DNA of 41,196 bases from Macrostomum lignano (taxonomy: Eukaryota). Every line of letters starts with the position of its first letter. The first letter of the stretch is position 1. Shown here one piece after another: positions 1-11,496 of this stretch. A program made the translations under genes and the position numbers. The notes under the pieces are model-generated. The model searched no databases, had not been told where the DNA came from, and saw only the letters and a program-made list of their open reading frames with translations. The DNA is taken from contig NIVC01002530.1 in NCBI GenBank assembly GCA_002269645.1, positions 1-41,196 of the forward strand, given 5' to 3'.

Positions 1-510
1 CAGCGGCAGGACAAAGAAGGCTGAAGATTGGCTGTGGCGGCCGGTTGGACCGGACAAGCTGGTGCCGCAGCTGTCCGCCAAACAGCTCGGACACAATGGT
101 ACCAGTGGCCGACTGGCAGGTTCGAGTCACGGCTGACCGATTCTTCGGGCCCGACGCATTGCCATTCGTCAGCGACGTCTGTCTCAGCATCGGCCTCAGC
201 TTGAGCAGTTTTATCACCGTTGGCCTGGCCGTTGCTATGCGAGCTGCCATCGCCAGTGGCTTTGGCCAGCTCGTCGTGCAGACTGTTCAACAGGTGGCTG
301 AGGAACTCCTCCGCGTCCTCCTCGCGACCTGCCCGAAGCTCCGTGCCACGGCTAGGCATAGCGGCGGATTCTGCCGACACCAGTTGGTAGGCCTGATGGG
401 GAGTGTACGGCTGACCGGAAGTCAACTTCCGGGGATTGGCGGCCTGGCTGTAGTAGGAGAGCAGCTCCACCATGCAGTCCAGAGCTGGCGTTGAGCTGGG
501 GCCGCGGTTT
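1..510 (-). CDS. USP10: Ubiquitin C-terminal hydrolase 10-like, second coding exon (continues off the window; about three apparent 1-bp frameshifts in 1-150)
   Basis: Acceptor CTCCAG at 512-511 joins in phase 2 to the upstream exon. Translation RNRGPSSTPALDCMVELL...GREEDAEEFLSHLLNSLHDEL...DEWQCVGP matches the USP10 GRQEDAEE box and DEWEQVGP motif. Shifted frames give KNRSAVTR...SELFGGQLR and ANLQP/FFVLPL, as in the USP10 family. Confidence 0.88.
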
Positions 511-526
511 CTGGAGGGGGGATAGG

Positions 527-985
527 GTGCTCAATTGTATATGTAATGTGCTCAATTGTATATGTAATGTGCTCAATTGTATATGTAATGTGCTCAATTG
601 TATATGTAATGTGCTCAATTGTATATGTAATGTGCTCAATTGTATATGTAATGTGCTCAATTGTATATGTAATGTGCTCAATTGTATACGTAATGTGCTC
701 AATTGTATACGTAATGTGCTCAATTGTATACGTAATGTGCTCAATTGTATATGTAATGTGCTCAATTGTATATGTAATGTGCTCAATTGTATATGTAATG
801 TGCTCAATTGTATATGTAGTGTGCTCAGTTGTGCATGTACAGTGTGCTCAGTTGTATATGCACAGTGTGCTCAGTTGTATATGCACAGTGTGCTCAGTTG
901 TAAATGTACAGTGTGCTCAATTGTATGTGTACATTGTACAGTGTGCTCAGAGGTACATATAGTGTGCTCAATTGTATATGAACAG
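527..985. repeat. 21-bp minisatellite (GTGCTCAATTGTATATGTAAT)n filling the USP10 intron, degenerating at its right end
   Basis: About 21 tandem units read directly; explains ORFs 352-807, 491-988 and 546-962. Confidence 0.97.
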
Positions 986-1024
986 TAGTCAGAAACAATG
1001 TTAAAAAAGATTAAAAGTCCCAAC

Positions 1025-1641
1025 CTAAAGCTCTGGCACTGCTGTCCAAGAGCGCGGAAAAAGGCGTGAAACGGCGGACAGAGGAACAGCATCTGCAGGA
1101 TGGCGTTGATGTAGCAAAAATTTCCGGAATTATTCAGACCGCGCGGCTGTAGAGGGGCCGGCGCCTTAGCGACGCCTAGCTGAGCGGCCACGCGCCGTAG
1201 AGCGTCGCCAATAGCAGCCAGTTCGCGGTCCTGCTCCGGCGGCACCGGCCTCTGTTGCGACTTCCAGGCGGCGGTCGCTGGCGGCGAAGTCTCAGAAGAA
1301 TTAGTTGTCGGAGGCAGCGACACCACGACGGCTTTCTGAGCTGCAGCGGTGCCGCGAAACAGGCCCGCCCAGCCTGTTGCTGCCGGCTTTGTCTCCGGCT
1401 TCGTCACAGCGGCCGGCGCCTCCTCGATGCCAGAGTCGTTCTCGCCGACGGCGGAGGCAGCGGCAGCAACCGGGGCGGAGACGCAGCAGCGACAGGCCGC
1501 CTGCCGGCAGCTGAAGCAGCAATCGTCGAAGCCAACAACGGGTAGAGCATTAGGCGACGGGCAGCTGAATAATTCGGCGCGTTTTCTGCTATAGTCGTCA
1601 AAGTAGCCGAATTCCAGCTGGTACGACCCGGCGGAGTCCAT
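1025..1641 (-). CDS. USP10: USP10-like first coding exon (N-terminal FGxF motif through the catalytic Cys box)
   Basis: MDSAGSYQLEFGYFDD resembles the USP10 N-terminus (QYIFGDF). LQPRGLNNSGNFCYINAILQMLFLCPP is the USP10 Cys box. Donor GT at 1024-1023; 617 nt, phase 2. Confidence 0.9.
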
Positions 1642-1830
1642 TCCGGGCGCGGGGCTTTGAGTAACTGTGGCTATTCACAATAGATTGCCTTGAGGATAAA
1701 CTGGCCTGCGTGTCTCTGCAGCAGTTGTGGAATGTATGAGCTTTAGTGATTTGCTTATACAGGAGCTTTTAGTTTGACTAACTAGCTTAGATTTGGTATC
1801 GGCTTGCATGATTTTAGAGAAGGATCGGTT

Positions 1831-2390
1831 CCTAGGAATTAGGGACCTGATTCTAGGAAATGGATTGTTTTCTAGGAATTAGGGACCTGATTCTAGGAAA
1901 TGGATTGTTTTCTAGGAATTAGGGACCTGATTCTAGGAAATGGATTGTTTTCTAGGAATTAGGGACCTGATTCTAGGAAATGGATTGTTTTCTAGGAATT
2001 AGGGACCTGATTCTAGGAAATGGATTGTTTTCTAGGAATTAGGGACCTGATTCTAGGAAAAGGATTTTTTTCTAGGAATTAGGGACCTGATTCTAGGAAA
2101 AGGATCGTTTTCTAGGAATTAGGGACCTGATTCTAGGAAACGGAAGGATCGGTTTCTAGGAATTAGGAATCTGATTCTAGGAAATGGAAGATCGGTTTCT
2201 AGGAATTAGGAATCTGATTCTAGGAAACGGAAGGATCGGTTTCTAAGAATTAGGAATCTGATTCTAGGAAACGGAAGGATCGGTTTCTAGGAATTAGGAA
2301 TCTGATTCTAGGAAATCGAAGAATCGGTTTCTAGGAATTAGGAATCTGATTCTAGGAAACGGAAGGATCGGTTTCTAGGAATTAGGAACA
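1831..2390. repeat. 40/44-bp minisatellite with two TTCTAGGAA cores per unit
   Basis: Unit TTCTAGGAAATGGATTGTTTTCTAGGAATTAGGGACCTGA (40 bp) changes to a 44-bp variant rightwards; about 13 units. Confidence 0.95.
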
Positions 2391-3540
2391 TCAAATTGTA
2401 GGAATGAACCTTTAAAATCAGAGATCTGGTTGAAATAAAAATTCTAGCGCTTACATAATAGTACGCTCGTACTCACAATATATTCCAGCTTATACCCATA
2501 CTCTAATTACTTAAAATATCAGGAAATTAAAAGTGCAAATTGCAACCAGAGTTCTGGCTCAGCCATAAAGATCGCAGCAGCAGTGAGAGAGTGGGCAGTG
2601 TATTTTGAGAACAGATTAGAAAGTTAATAGAAGAGTATAGGAATAGATAATCAGGGCGCGGAGAGTTTTACTGTTGAATATTTTATTTTCAGGATTAGAA
2701 GATCAAGCATACATTGTAATCAGCTTGTATAGTATTTATTAATACAGACAGAATTACAGAATTTATAAACCCAATCTCCCGGGAGTGAAGCAAAAGAAAA
2801 CAAAAATATCAAGATGGCCTGAGCAGCATATACTACTGTGTATTTTAGTACTATTAGTAGGCAAAGAATAATGGAATATTGTTATTTTATTGCGCGTAGC
2901 TTTGCAAAAAAAACAATCTAAAAATGATTAATTAATGGCATACTTGAGTAATAAAATCCAACTAAACTATGCGATACAAATAAATAGACAAATTGGCATC
3001 AGAATTTTGATACACTGGGAATACAACAAACCTAAGATACTACTTAATCCGCGCTAGTAAGTAGCATGTTGGAAACTGCCTACCATATTTGGGAATTTTA
3101 TTGAATTGTTTTAAAACGTAGGCATAGAAAAGGAACTAAAATTTGGTACTAATGAAAATGGCAACAAAAAACGAATATTTATCAAAACTAAGCACTTGGC
3201 AACCACAGCCGCGGGAATGGGGCAGGACAGGGGTAGTTAGACAGGTAGCGTGCTTCTGAGGAATCAATATAGAAATCAATATAGGTAAATTATAATGAAT
3301 AATAAATTAATAACAATATATGAGGCAGCTAGCGGCGGCGACTTGGGAGTGCGAAACTCGAGTACAAACTAGACATGTTTCTGTGCAATAGACATGTATT
3401 GCCCTTAATAAAGTGGGCCAATACACGCACAGACGCACGGGGTTTTAAACAGCAATTGTTGAAAGTTTAAGCAACTAATAGCAGTTTGTGCGCTGGACAA
3501 ATTACAACTCGTGTTTGGGATGCTGGGTTGTTGTTGAATT

Positions 3541-3995
3541 GGTGGGGTAGAGGGGGCACTGACCCCAGTCTGTGGGGTAGAGGGGGCACTGACCTCCAGA
3601 CTGTGGGGTAGAGAGGGCACTGACCCCAGTCTGTGGGGTAGAGAGGGCACTGACCCCAGTCTGTGGGGTAGAGGGGGCACTGACCCCAGTCTGTGGGGTA
3701 GAGAGGGCACTAATCCCCAGTCTGTGGGGTAGAGAGGGCACTGACCCCCAGACTGTGGGGTAGAGAGGGCACTGACCCCCAGACTGTGGGGTAGAGAGGG
3801 CACTGACCCCCAGACTGTGGGGTAGAGAGGGCACTGACCCCCAGACTGTGGGGTAGAGAGGGCACAGACCTCAGACTGTGGGGTAGAGAGGGCACTGACC
3901 CCCAGACTGTGAGGTAGAGAGGGCACTGACCCCCAGACTGTGGGGTAGAGGGCACTGACCTCAGACTGTGGGGTAGAGAGGGCACTGACCGCAGA
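3541..3995. repeat. 30/31-bp G-rich minisatellite (GTGGGGTAGAGAGGGCACTGACCCC(C)AG..)n
   Basis: About 15 tandem units seen directly. Confidence 0.95.
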
Positions 3996-4170
3996 CTGCA
4001 TGGTAGGGTTTATAAAGAAGCGGAACTTCCGCATATACAAATCCTTGGCAGCAGAAGAATACTACTAAAAACAGAACACAGCATATTGATAATATAAGCA
4101 GTGCAGTGTTCACTCTATTCAATTGATCAACAGAATCAAAAATCTCAACGATCAGCAAACCTCAGGCGGC

Positions 4171-4347
4171 TCACAGAAGCTCTTCAACATAATTGGAAGG
4201 CAGCATACCGAACTGGCCAGTCCGCTCCACTATGCCGTACATCCAGCCTTCGTCAATGGGGTCGCCGTTCGTGACAACGTCACCTTCGTTGAAGGTCACT
4301 TCGTCATCGTCCTGGGCTGTGTAGTCATACAGAGCCCTGAAGCAGCG
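4171..4347 (-). CDS. LASP1: LASP1/nebulette-like last coding exon: SH3 domain
   Basis: [58 protein letters not shown] is a nebulin/LASP-type SH3. Acceptor CTGCAG at 4349-4348; stop at 4173-4171. Confidence 0.92.
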   Translation of the reverse strand, partial: RCFRALYDYTAQDDDEVTFNEGDVVTNGDPIDEGWMYGIVERTGQFGMLPSNYVEELL

Positions 4348-4400
4348 CTGCAGGATGACGGAAGTGAGGGGATGGGGAATACTGCTGTTCGGCCCGGGTA

Positions 4401-5021
4401 CGATCCCCTACCTGCATACTGATCCCCTACCTGCATACTGATCCCCTACCTGCATACTGATCCCCTACCTGCATACTGATCCCCTACCTGCATACTGATC
4501 CCCTACCTGCATACTGATCCCTACCTGCATACTGATCCCCTACCTGCATACTGATCCCCTACCTGCATACTGATCCCCTACCTGCATACTGATCCCTACC
4601 TGCATACTGATACCCTACCTGCATACTGATCCCCTACCTGCATACTGATCCCCTACCTGCATACTGATCCCCTACCTGCATACTGATCCCCTACCTGCAT
4701 ACTGATCCCCTACCTGCATACTGATACCCTACCTGCATACTGATCCCCTACCTGCATACTGATCCCCTACCTGCATACTGATCCCCTACCTGCATACTGA
4801 TCCCCTACCTGCATACTGATCCCCTACCTGCATACTGATCCCCTACCTGCATACTGATCCCCTACCTGCATACTGATCCCCTACCTGCATACTGATCCCC
4901 TACCTGCATACTGATCCCCTACCTGCATACTGATCCCCTACCTGCATACTGATCCCCTACCTGCATACTGATCCCCTACCTGCATACTGATCCCCTACCT
5001 GCATACTGATCCCCTACCTGC
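4401..5021. repeat. 19-bp minisatellite (GATCCCCTACCTGCATACT)n in the last LASP intron
   Basis: About 33 near-identical units. Confidence 0.97.
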
Positions 5022-5509
5022 AGCTCTGGCTCTGCATGCCTGCTTCAATTCGTTTTAGCTTAAGAAGTTCAATATGACTCCAATGACGAGATCATTAACT
5101 GCATGTTACTTAAGAAAAGAATCTTTTTAAACTAAAACAGATAGTAAATACTTTTTGTAAAACTTCTATATACAAAAGGTGTACCTCTAAAGCTTGTGTT
5201 AGACTTTGTACTAAGTTTTGTTAATTAATCGTAATAAAGTTATAAAGTGATTCTACTTGTAAACGTATCGCAGAACTTTGATGACCAACATTGACTTTGG
5301 TAGACCAGCTGTTAATTAACAGAAAAAAATTAATATGTATTCAAATGATGCCCTATTTTGAAGCTATGTAACAAATTAAAAAATGAAAGATAATATTTTA
5401 ACGACACTACTAACAACTTCCTCAGTAGCAGCTAAGGAATTTTTTGTCTTTTTCCTAAAAAATATTAGGAAATTTGAAATTAAATACGGTATAAATCCGG
5501 TATTCTTAC

Positions 5510-5712
5510 CCCGCGATCACTAGCTTCAGCGGTGGGGGCCGCAGCCGGAGCCGCCTGAGCTGGAGTTGGCGGCGGCGAAGGCTCCTTTGGCTGGTACTGC
5601 TGAACCGGGGCTGGCGGCGGCTGGTACTGCTGAACCGGTGCTGGCGGCGGCTGGTACTGCTGAACCGGTGCTGGCGGCGGCTGGTACTGCTGAACTGGGG
5701 CTGGCGGTGGCA
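5510..5712 (-). CDS. LASP1: LASP-like linker exon with (PPPAPVQQYQ)x4
   Basis: TTTAG acceptor and GTAAGA donor; 203 nt, phase 1 to 0; joins the SH3 exon in frame. Confidence 0.82.
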
Positions 5713-6328
5713 CTAAACAGTTGTCAACCAAGATCATGCGAACTTATTACGCGTAAGCAAAAAACATTAGGTCTTGATTCTCTAAGAGCATAATGACATT
5801 AGACAGGTACGTACATGTGAATATAAAAGTTGCTTATGAATTATATCACCAAAACATGTTGCGAATAAGAGAGAACCCCGCATGTAGATTTTCTGTTTCT
5901 TTTAATTTAAACAAGAAAAAAACAAGTGAAGTAATGACCACTGGGTTGTTAGCGCACGCCCCCCTATGCCCCTAAATATGCGCAATGTTTGCCGGCTAGA
6001 ATACAAGAATTCGTTGCATTGCAGAGACTAAAGAGCGAGTGAGAGAGTAAGAGAAAGACAGATAGGTTTACACAGGGCTGAGCTAAATATAAAATCATTT
6101 CGCATTCAAAAGACAAGTTGCCTTAAGTTCAAAGCGCTGTTATCTGTTATACAAGGCTGAGAATTGCTTTTGCCTGGCGAGCTCCAGTAGGTGACTGGCT
6201 GGCTAGAGAGGGATCTGCGATGCTTTTTAAAGGCAAGGTCGAAACTGAACTTTTAATTAATAAATAATGCCTACTAGGTATGAGCAGGGCATGAGAACTG
6301 TGCAATATTAGCAAGTCGAAATATTACC

Positions 6329-6332
6329 TGTC

Positions 6333-6363
<31 letters not shown>

Positions 6364-6438
6364 CTATCTATCCATCTATCTATCTATCCATCTATCTATC
6401 TATCTATGTATCTATCTATCTATGTATCTATCTATCTG

Positions 6439-6481
<43 letters not shown>

Positions 6482-6482
6482 G

Positions 6483-6521
<39 letters not shown>

Positions 6522-6522
6522 G

Positions 6523-6571
<49 letters not shown>

Positions 6572-6588
6572 GTATCTATCTATCTATG

Positions 6589-6633
<45 letters not shown>

Positions 6634-6634
6634 G

Positions 6635-6689
<55 letters not shown>

Positions 6690-6710
6690 GTCTATCTATC
6701 TATCTATCTG

Positions 6711-6757
<47 letters not shown>

Positions 6758-6763
6758 GTCTTT

Positions 6764-6825
<62 letters not shown>

Positions 6826-6875
6826 GTCTATCTATCTATCTGTCTATTTATCTATCTATCTATCTATCCATCTAC
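6329..6875. repeat. (TATC)n microsatellite
   Basis: About 135 tetranucleotide units with TGTC interruptions. Confidence 0.98.
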
Positions 6876-7064
6876 CTAATATCTACCAACTACCCACCTT
6901 TAAATAAAAATGGTTAAGCATATTTTCGTGGTCTAAAATACAGTAAAAAACTGAACTTAAATAATGTTAAAAGTATTTACCAGACCCTTTAACTCTAAAG
7001 TACAACTTAAAATAAATAATAGACAAGGAAATCAACGCACCAGGCTCAGCGGCAGCGGGCTCAC

Positions 7065-7250
7065 CGTAGCCGCTATTCCTGGACACGCCGCCGTAGTCGG
7101 AGTTGCGGCTGTAGCGGGCCTGGTGATGGCTGTCAGCAACCGGGGGCTGGTGCGGCTCCGGCGCGGCCGGCTGATGCGGTTGCTGCCGCCTGCCAATAGC
7201 CGATGTGGTGTACACGGTGGACTGGCCGGTGTAGGACGAGTTGACCGGAG
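7065..7250 (-). CDS. LASP1: LASP-like linker exon (PVNSSYTGQSTVYTTSAIGRRQQPHQPAAPEP...)
   Basis: CCGCAG acceptor and GTGAGC donor; 186 nt, phase 1 to 1; GC-rich coding island. Confidence 0.78.
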
Positions 7251-8554
7251 CTGCGGTAATTATTTGTTATAACTAATTAATCAAACATCAAAGATGCCGC
7301 CGCTACACAGTTTTTTTTAAAAAGGTTTAGCGCGGCCAACTCTTAATTTTTCTAATCAGCTAAGCGCAAAATAATTTTGATTACGCAACTGTTTATTCAC
7401 AAGTCTGGAATTAGCCAATTAGTTAATAATACCCCCTACCCACTGCCTGTTCTTTCTATCCCACTCTCATCGCTGATTGGCTGGTTCGGTTGGAGCTTGT
7501 TATTTAAGTAATAAAACTCTTTTCGCAAAGCTAATGTTACTCCAACCCGTAACTAGCGCTGATTGGCTGATAAATTACCCCCCCTTACCCCCTATTGCTG
7601 CTCTTTCCCGCTCTTGTCGCTGATTGGCTGGCGCCAGCCTCTTACCCTCCTCGGAGCCCGAATAGAGGATGTGAGTCAGATTGTTACTTAAAATCATACA
7701 AAATGCAGATGATATTGCATTCTGGTGACAAAAACAAGACAAAACTGGGGATGTGGCGCTTGTCTCTCAGCAAGCATAGTAGAAAACATAGCCATTTGCC
7801 TTTCTTTTAAAAGCGAAAACACTAGCAACAAATACTGGCATACACTATATAAACTAACTGAGCATGCTGATGCGTACACTACAAACTGAGGCACAATGGA
7901 TGAAAAATTCGTCCATTCTTAGGATTCAAACAGCCCTTACGGGCTTCTGCATGGCACTAATGCTAGAATTTCCTGCTTCAAACGTGCAAGCATGCAAATG
8001 AAATGCGGCTCTTACACAGAATCAATAAAATGCATTTTACTTTTCAAAGACTGTTTTTTCAACTCGCAACAGCGGTCAAGTGGAAGGCAGCTGAAGTTGT
8101 TGGTTTGTTTGTTTGATTGATTTTCAATTTATTGTGCCAGCACTTGACGGAATAAAGTTATTGCTTAAAGTACAAGTTGAGTTCAAGGTTTAAAAAAGAT
8201 TTTTTTGTATATTGGATCAGAAGCTTAGCTTAGAATCTTAGATTAAGGGATTGGGGAATCCCAGCTTAAGATCGGAAAATCCCAGCTTAGGGGATTGGGG
8301 AATTCCAGCTTAGGCAATTTTCAACATGGCTGGAATCTCTAAAAGAAACCGCCAAGTGTTCGGTGGTTTTTTCAGTTGGAAAATCTTCTCTTGGTGGTTT
8401 TTTGGGTGGTTTCTTACTGGGCGGGTTTTTTGGCAGTTTCTTGCGCCTAGAATCGTCTAATTGGGAGGGTTTTGTGTGTGGGCGGGATTTTTGTGTGTAA
8501 ACATCGGTGTTTCCGCTTGTAATCAGCCAAAAAACAGCCATATTTTGTAGCGGG

Positions 8555-9600
8555 GGGAATTCCAGCTAAGGGGATTGGGGAATCCCAGCTAAGGGGATTG
8601 GAGAATCCCAGCTAAGGGGACTGGGGAATCCCAGCTAAGGGGATTGGGGAATCCCAGCTAAGGGGATTTGGGAATCCCAGCTAAGGGGACTGGGGAATCC
8701 CAGCTAAGGGGATTGGGGAATCCCAGCTAAGGGGATTTGGGAATTCCAGTTAAGGGGATTGGGTAATCCCAGATAAGGGGATTGGGGAATTCCAGCTTAG
8801 GGGATTGGGGAATCCCAGCTAAGGGGATTGGGGAATTCCAGCTTAGGGGATTGGGCGAATCTCAGCTTAGGGGTAAGGAATCCTAGCTTAGGGGATTGGG
8901 GAATCCCACTTTAGGGGATTAGGGAATCCCAGCTTAGGGGGTTGGGGGACCCCAGCTTAGGGATAAGGAATCCCAGCTTAGGGGTTTGGGGAATCCCAGC
9001 TTAGGGGGTTGGGGAATCCCAGCTTAGGGGGTTGGGGAAATCCTAGATTAGGGGATTGGGGAATCCTAGATTAGGGGATTGGGGAATCCCAGCTTAGAGG
9101 TTTGGGGGACCCCAGCTTAGGGGTAAGGAATCCCAGCTTAGGGGTTTGGGGGACCCCAGCTTAGGGTAAGGAATCCCAGCTTAGGGGTTTGGGGAATTCC
9201 AGCTTAGGGGATTGGGGAATCCCAGCTAAGGGGATTGGGGAATCCCAGCTAAGGGGATTGGGGAATCCCAGCTTAGGGGATTGGGGAATCCCAGCTAAGG
9301 GGATTGGGGAATCCCAGCTTAGGGGATTGGAGAATTCCAGCTTAGGGGATTGGGCGAATCTCAGCTTAGGGGATTAGGGAACCCCAGCTTAGGGGATTGG
9401 GGAACCCCAGCTTAGGGGATTGGGGAATCCCAGCTTAGGGGATTGGGGAATCCCAGCTTAGGGGTAAGGAATCCCAGCTTAGGGGTTTGGGGAATCCCAG
9501 CTTAGGGGGTTGGGGGAATCCTAGATTAGGGGATTGGGGAATCCCAGCTTAGGGAATTGGGGAATCCCGTATGGGAGTGGGGAACCCCAGTTTAGGGGAT
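8555..9600. repeat. 23-bp G-rich minisatellite (CCCAGCT(A/T)AGGGGATTGGGGAAT)n, with outlier copies at about 8245-8310
   Basis: About 44 units with internal variants. Confidence 0.95.
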
Positions 9601-9858
9601 TAGAGTCTAACCTTACGGGAGTGGAGGGGAATAAAACCGGGCCACAGAAAATGCAGCCTAAACATTGGATTTGACTTTCCGTTTGGAAAAATTTCCGAAA
9701 TGTTTGGCCAGCAAGGAATTAGAAGCTAAGTACGACTGAATTGATTTTGGCGAATTCATTTTCTTGGGCGCTTCTTAATTAGCGGCATTGATAATATATG
9801 CACTATATAATAAATAAATAATTATTGTGCCGTGTTGCTAATAACAAGCAGCCCCTAC

Positions 9859-10092
9859 AATGATTCTGCTGAGCCTGCTGATCTTCGCTAGAATAAATAG
9901 TGGAGCCGCGCTTTGCCGCATGGGGATCAAACGCGGCTCTATTTGGGGCCTCGGAGGAGGTGGCAGCGGCCGCGGCAGCGGAAGCCGCCTCGGCCTCGCG
10001 TCCCATCGGATCGTAGGCAAAAATTGAGCCGGGAGCGGCGCCGATAGACGAGGACGCCGATGAGGCGCCAGTGGAGCCTCGGCGATTTGCGA
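9859..10092 (-). CDS. LASP1: LASP-like linker exon (…GAAPGSIFAYDPMGRE…)
   Basis: TCTCAG acceptor and GTAGGG donor; 234 nt, phase 1 to 1; in frame with neighbouring exons. Confidence 0.75.
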
Positions 10093-10394
10093 CTGAGACG
10101 AATAATTCATTATAGTAGTAATAATAATATTATTGCTTGGATAGTAAGCCATGACAAAGCACACACATAATAGAAATATAGTAATAAAAGGACAGCCGTT
10201 TAATGATATTATCGACTGTTTAGCAGCTTAACTAAAATATTTTACAACAAAAATTGATTTTTAGCGCAGTCCAGTGAAAGCTTACAATGTGCATGTGTAT
10301 AGACAGAAAAGCATTTTGTGCGCCATAAGCAAGCTTCAAATACGCGTCTTTTACGGGTTTACTGGTTTGTAAGAGTGCTCTGGGATAAACAGCT

Positions 10395-10785
10395 GAGGGA
10401 CCGGGAAATTCGTGGGAAATCCAATTATTTGACTGGGGAATTCGTGAGAATTGAGAAAGTCAATAATTTTACTGGGGAATTTGCGAGAAACCCATTGATT
10501 GGACTGGGGAATTTGTGAGAAAGTCAATAATTTTACTGGGGAATTTGTGAGAAACTCATTGATTGGACTGGGGAATTTGTGAGAAAGTCAATAATTTTAC
10601 TGGGGAATTTGTGAGAAACTCATTGTTTGGACTGGGGAATTTGTGAGAAAGTCAATAATTTTACTGGGGAATTCATGAGAAACTCAATGATTTGACTGGG
10701 GAATTCATGATAAACTCAATGCTTTGACTGGGGAATTCGTGAGAAACTTAATTATTTGACTGGGGAATTCGTGAGAAACTCAATG
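10395..10785. repeat. 32-bp minisatellite (64-bp higher-order dimer) with core ACTGGGGAATT(C/T)GTGAGAAA
   Basis: About 12 units alternating between two spacer types. Confidence 0.9.
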
Positions 10786-10939
10786 AGGAACCTCTGGACC
10801 CAATGACAGAAGTACAAAAATGAAGGACTTGAAAGTGGTTTAAATGGAGAAAAATGTGATTTAAACGATTCGTACCTTGCACCATAACAAATGAAGGTTA
10901 TAATAATTAGCATAATTATATAAAAATTCAGCAACTCAC

Positions 10940-11000
10940 CAACTGCCGCATTAGAGGACTGAGCAGTGGCGGCCACAGGTGGCGGGGCCGGCTTCCTTGC
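10940..11000 (-). CDS. LASP1: LASP-like small exon ARKPAPPPVAATAQSSNAAV
   Basis: GTCCAG acceptor and GTGAGT donor; 61 nt, phase 0 to 1. Confidence 0.75.
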
Positions 11001-11078
11001 CTGGACAATTTAGTAAGTATAATTGAAGCATTTTAAAAACCAAGATTTTACATATCTTTACATTTTTTATGCACTTAC

Positions 11079-11165
11079 AGCCGCGCCAGCCGATGGCGTC
11101 ATCATATCTTCCGTGACAGCCATTCTAGTGCCCTTTGACTTCTCGAATTCTTCGTGGTATTTCAC
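11079..11165 (-). CDS. LASP1: LASP-like exon, nebulin repeat C-half VKYHEEFEKSKG…
   Basis: KYHEEFEKS is the LASP/nebulin signature. CTGCAG acceptor and GTAAGT donor; 87 nt. Confidence 0.9.
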
Positions 11166-11496
11166 CTGCAGCAAATTTGAGTTTGTTAACACCGTGCAAT
11201 GATGCAATAGTTTAGTATTGTAGAAAGTTGCCACTACAACAATAAATTTACTGTAATGTGACAATGTAAAACTGCGGATCGAAGGTCAAAGTGACCTTAA
11301 CCCGAATTTGACCGCGTGAGCACGTGACTCAATTTGCGACCCAATTTTTACCTGATCCATAATAATATTATTTGGTTCTGCGTGAAAATTAAAGGGGCAT
11401 GACCTGCCAATGTTACGACTTATTCTGGCAGACGGAATCCCAATTCCGCATTCCGGAAAAGGGTGGGATTGGATTGGATTATGATCGGGGTTAGAC

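Noticed and set aside
352-988. Periodic ORFs in tandem arrays (also 3405-4040, 6406-6917, 11286-12979, 29000-29349)
   Set aside because: They are stop-free translations of minisatellite or microsatellite units lying in introns or intergenic DNA.
5022-5043. 22-nt micro-exon as an obligatory LASP exon
   Set aside because: It would break the frame; exons 5510 and 4347 already join in phase 0. Kept only as a speculative finding.
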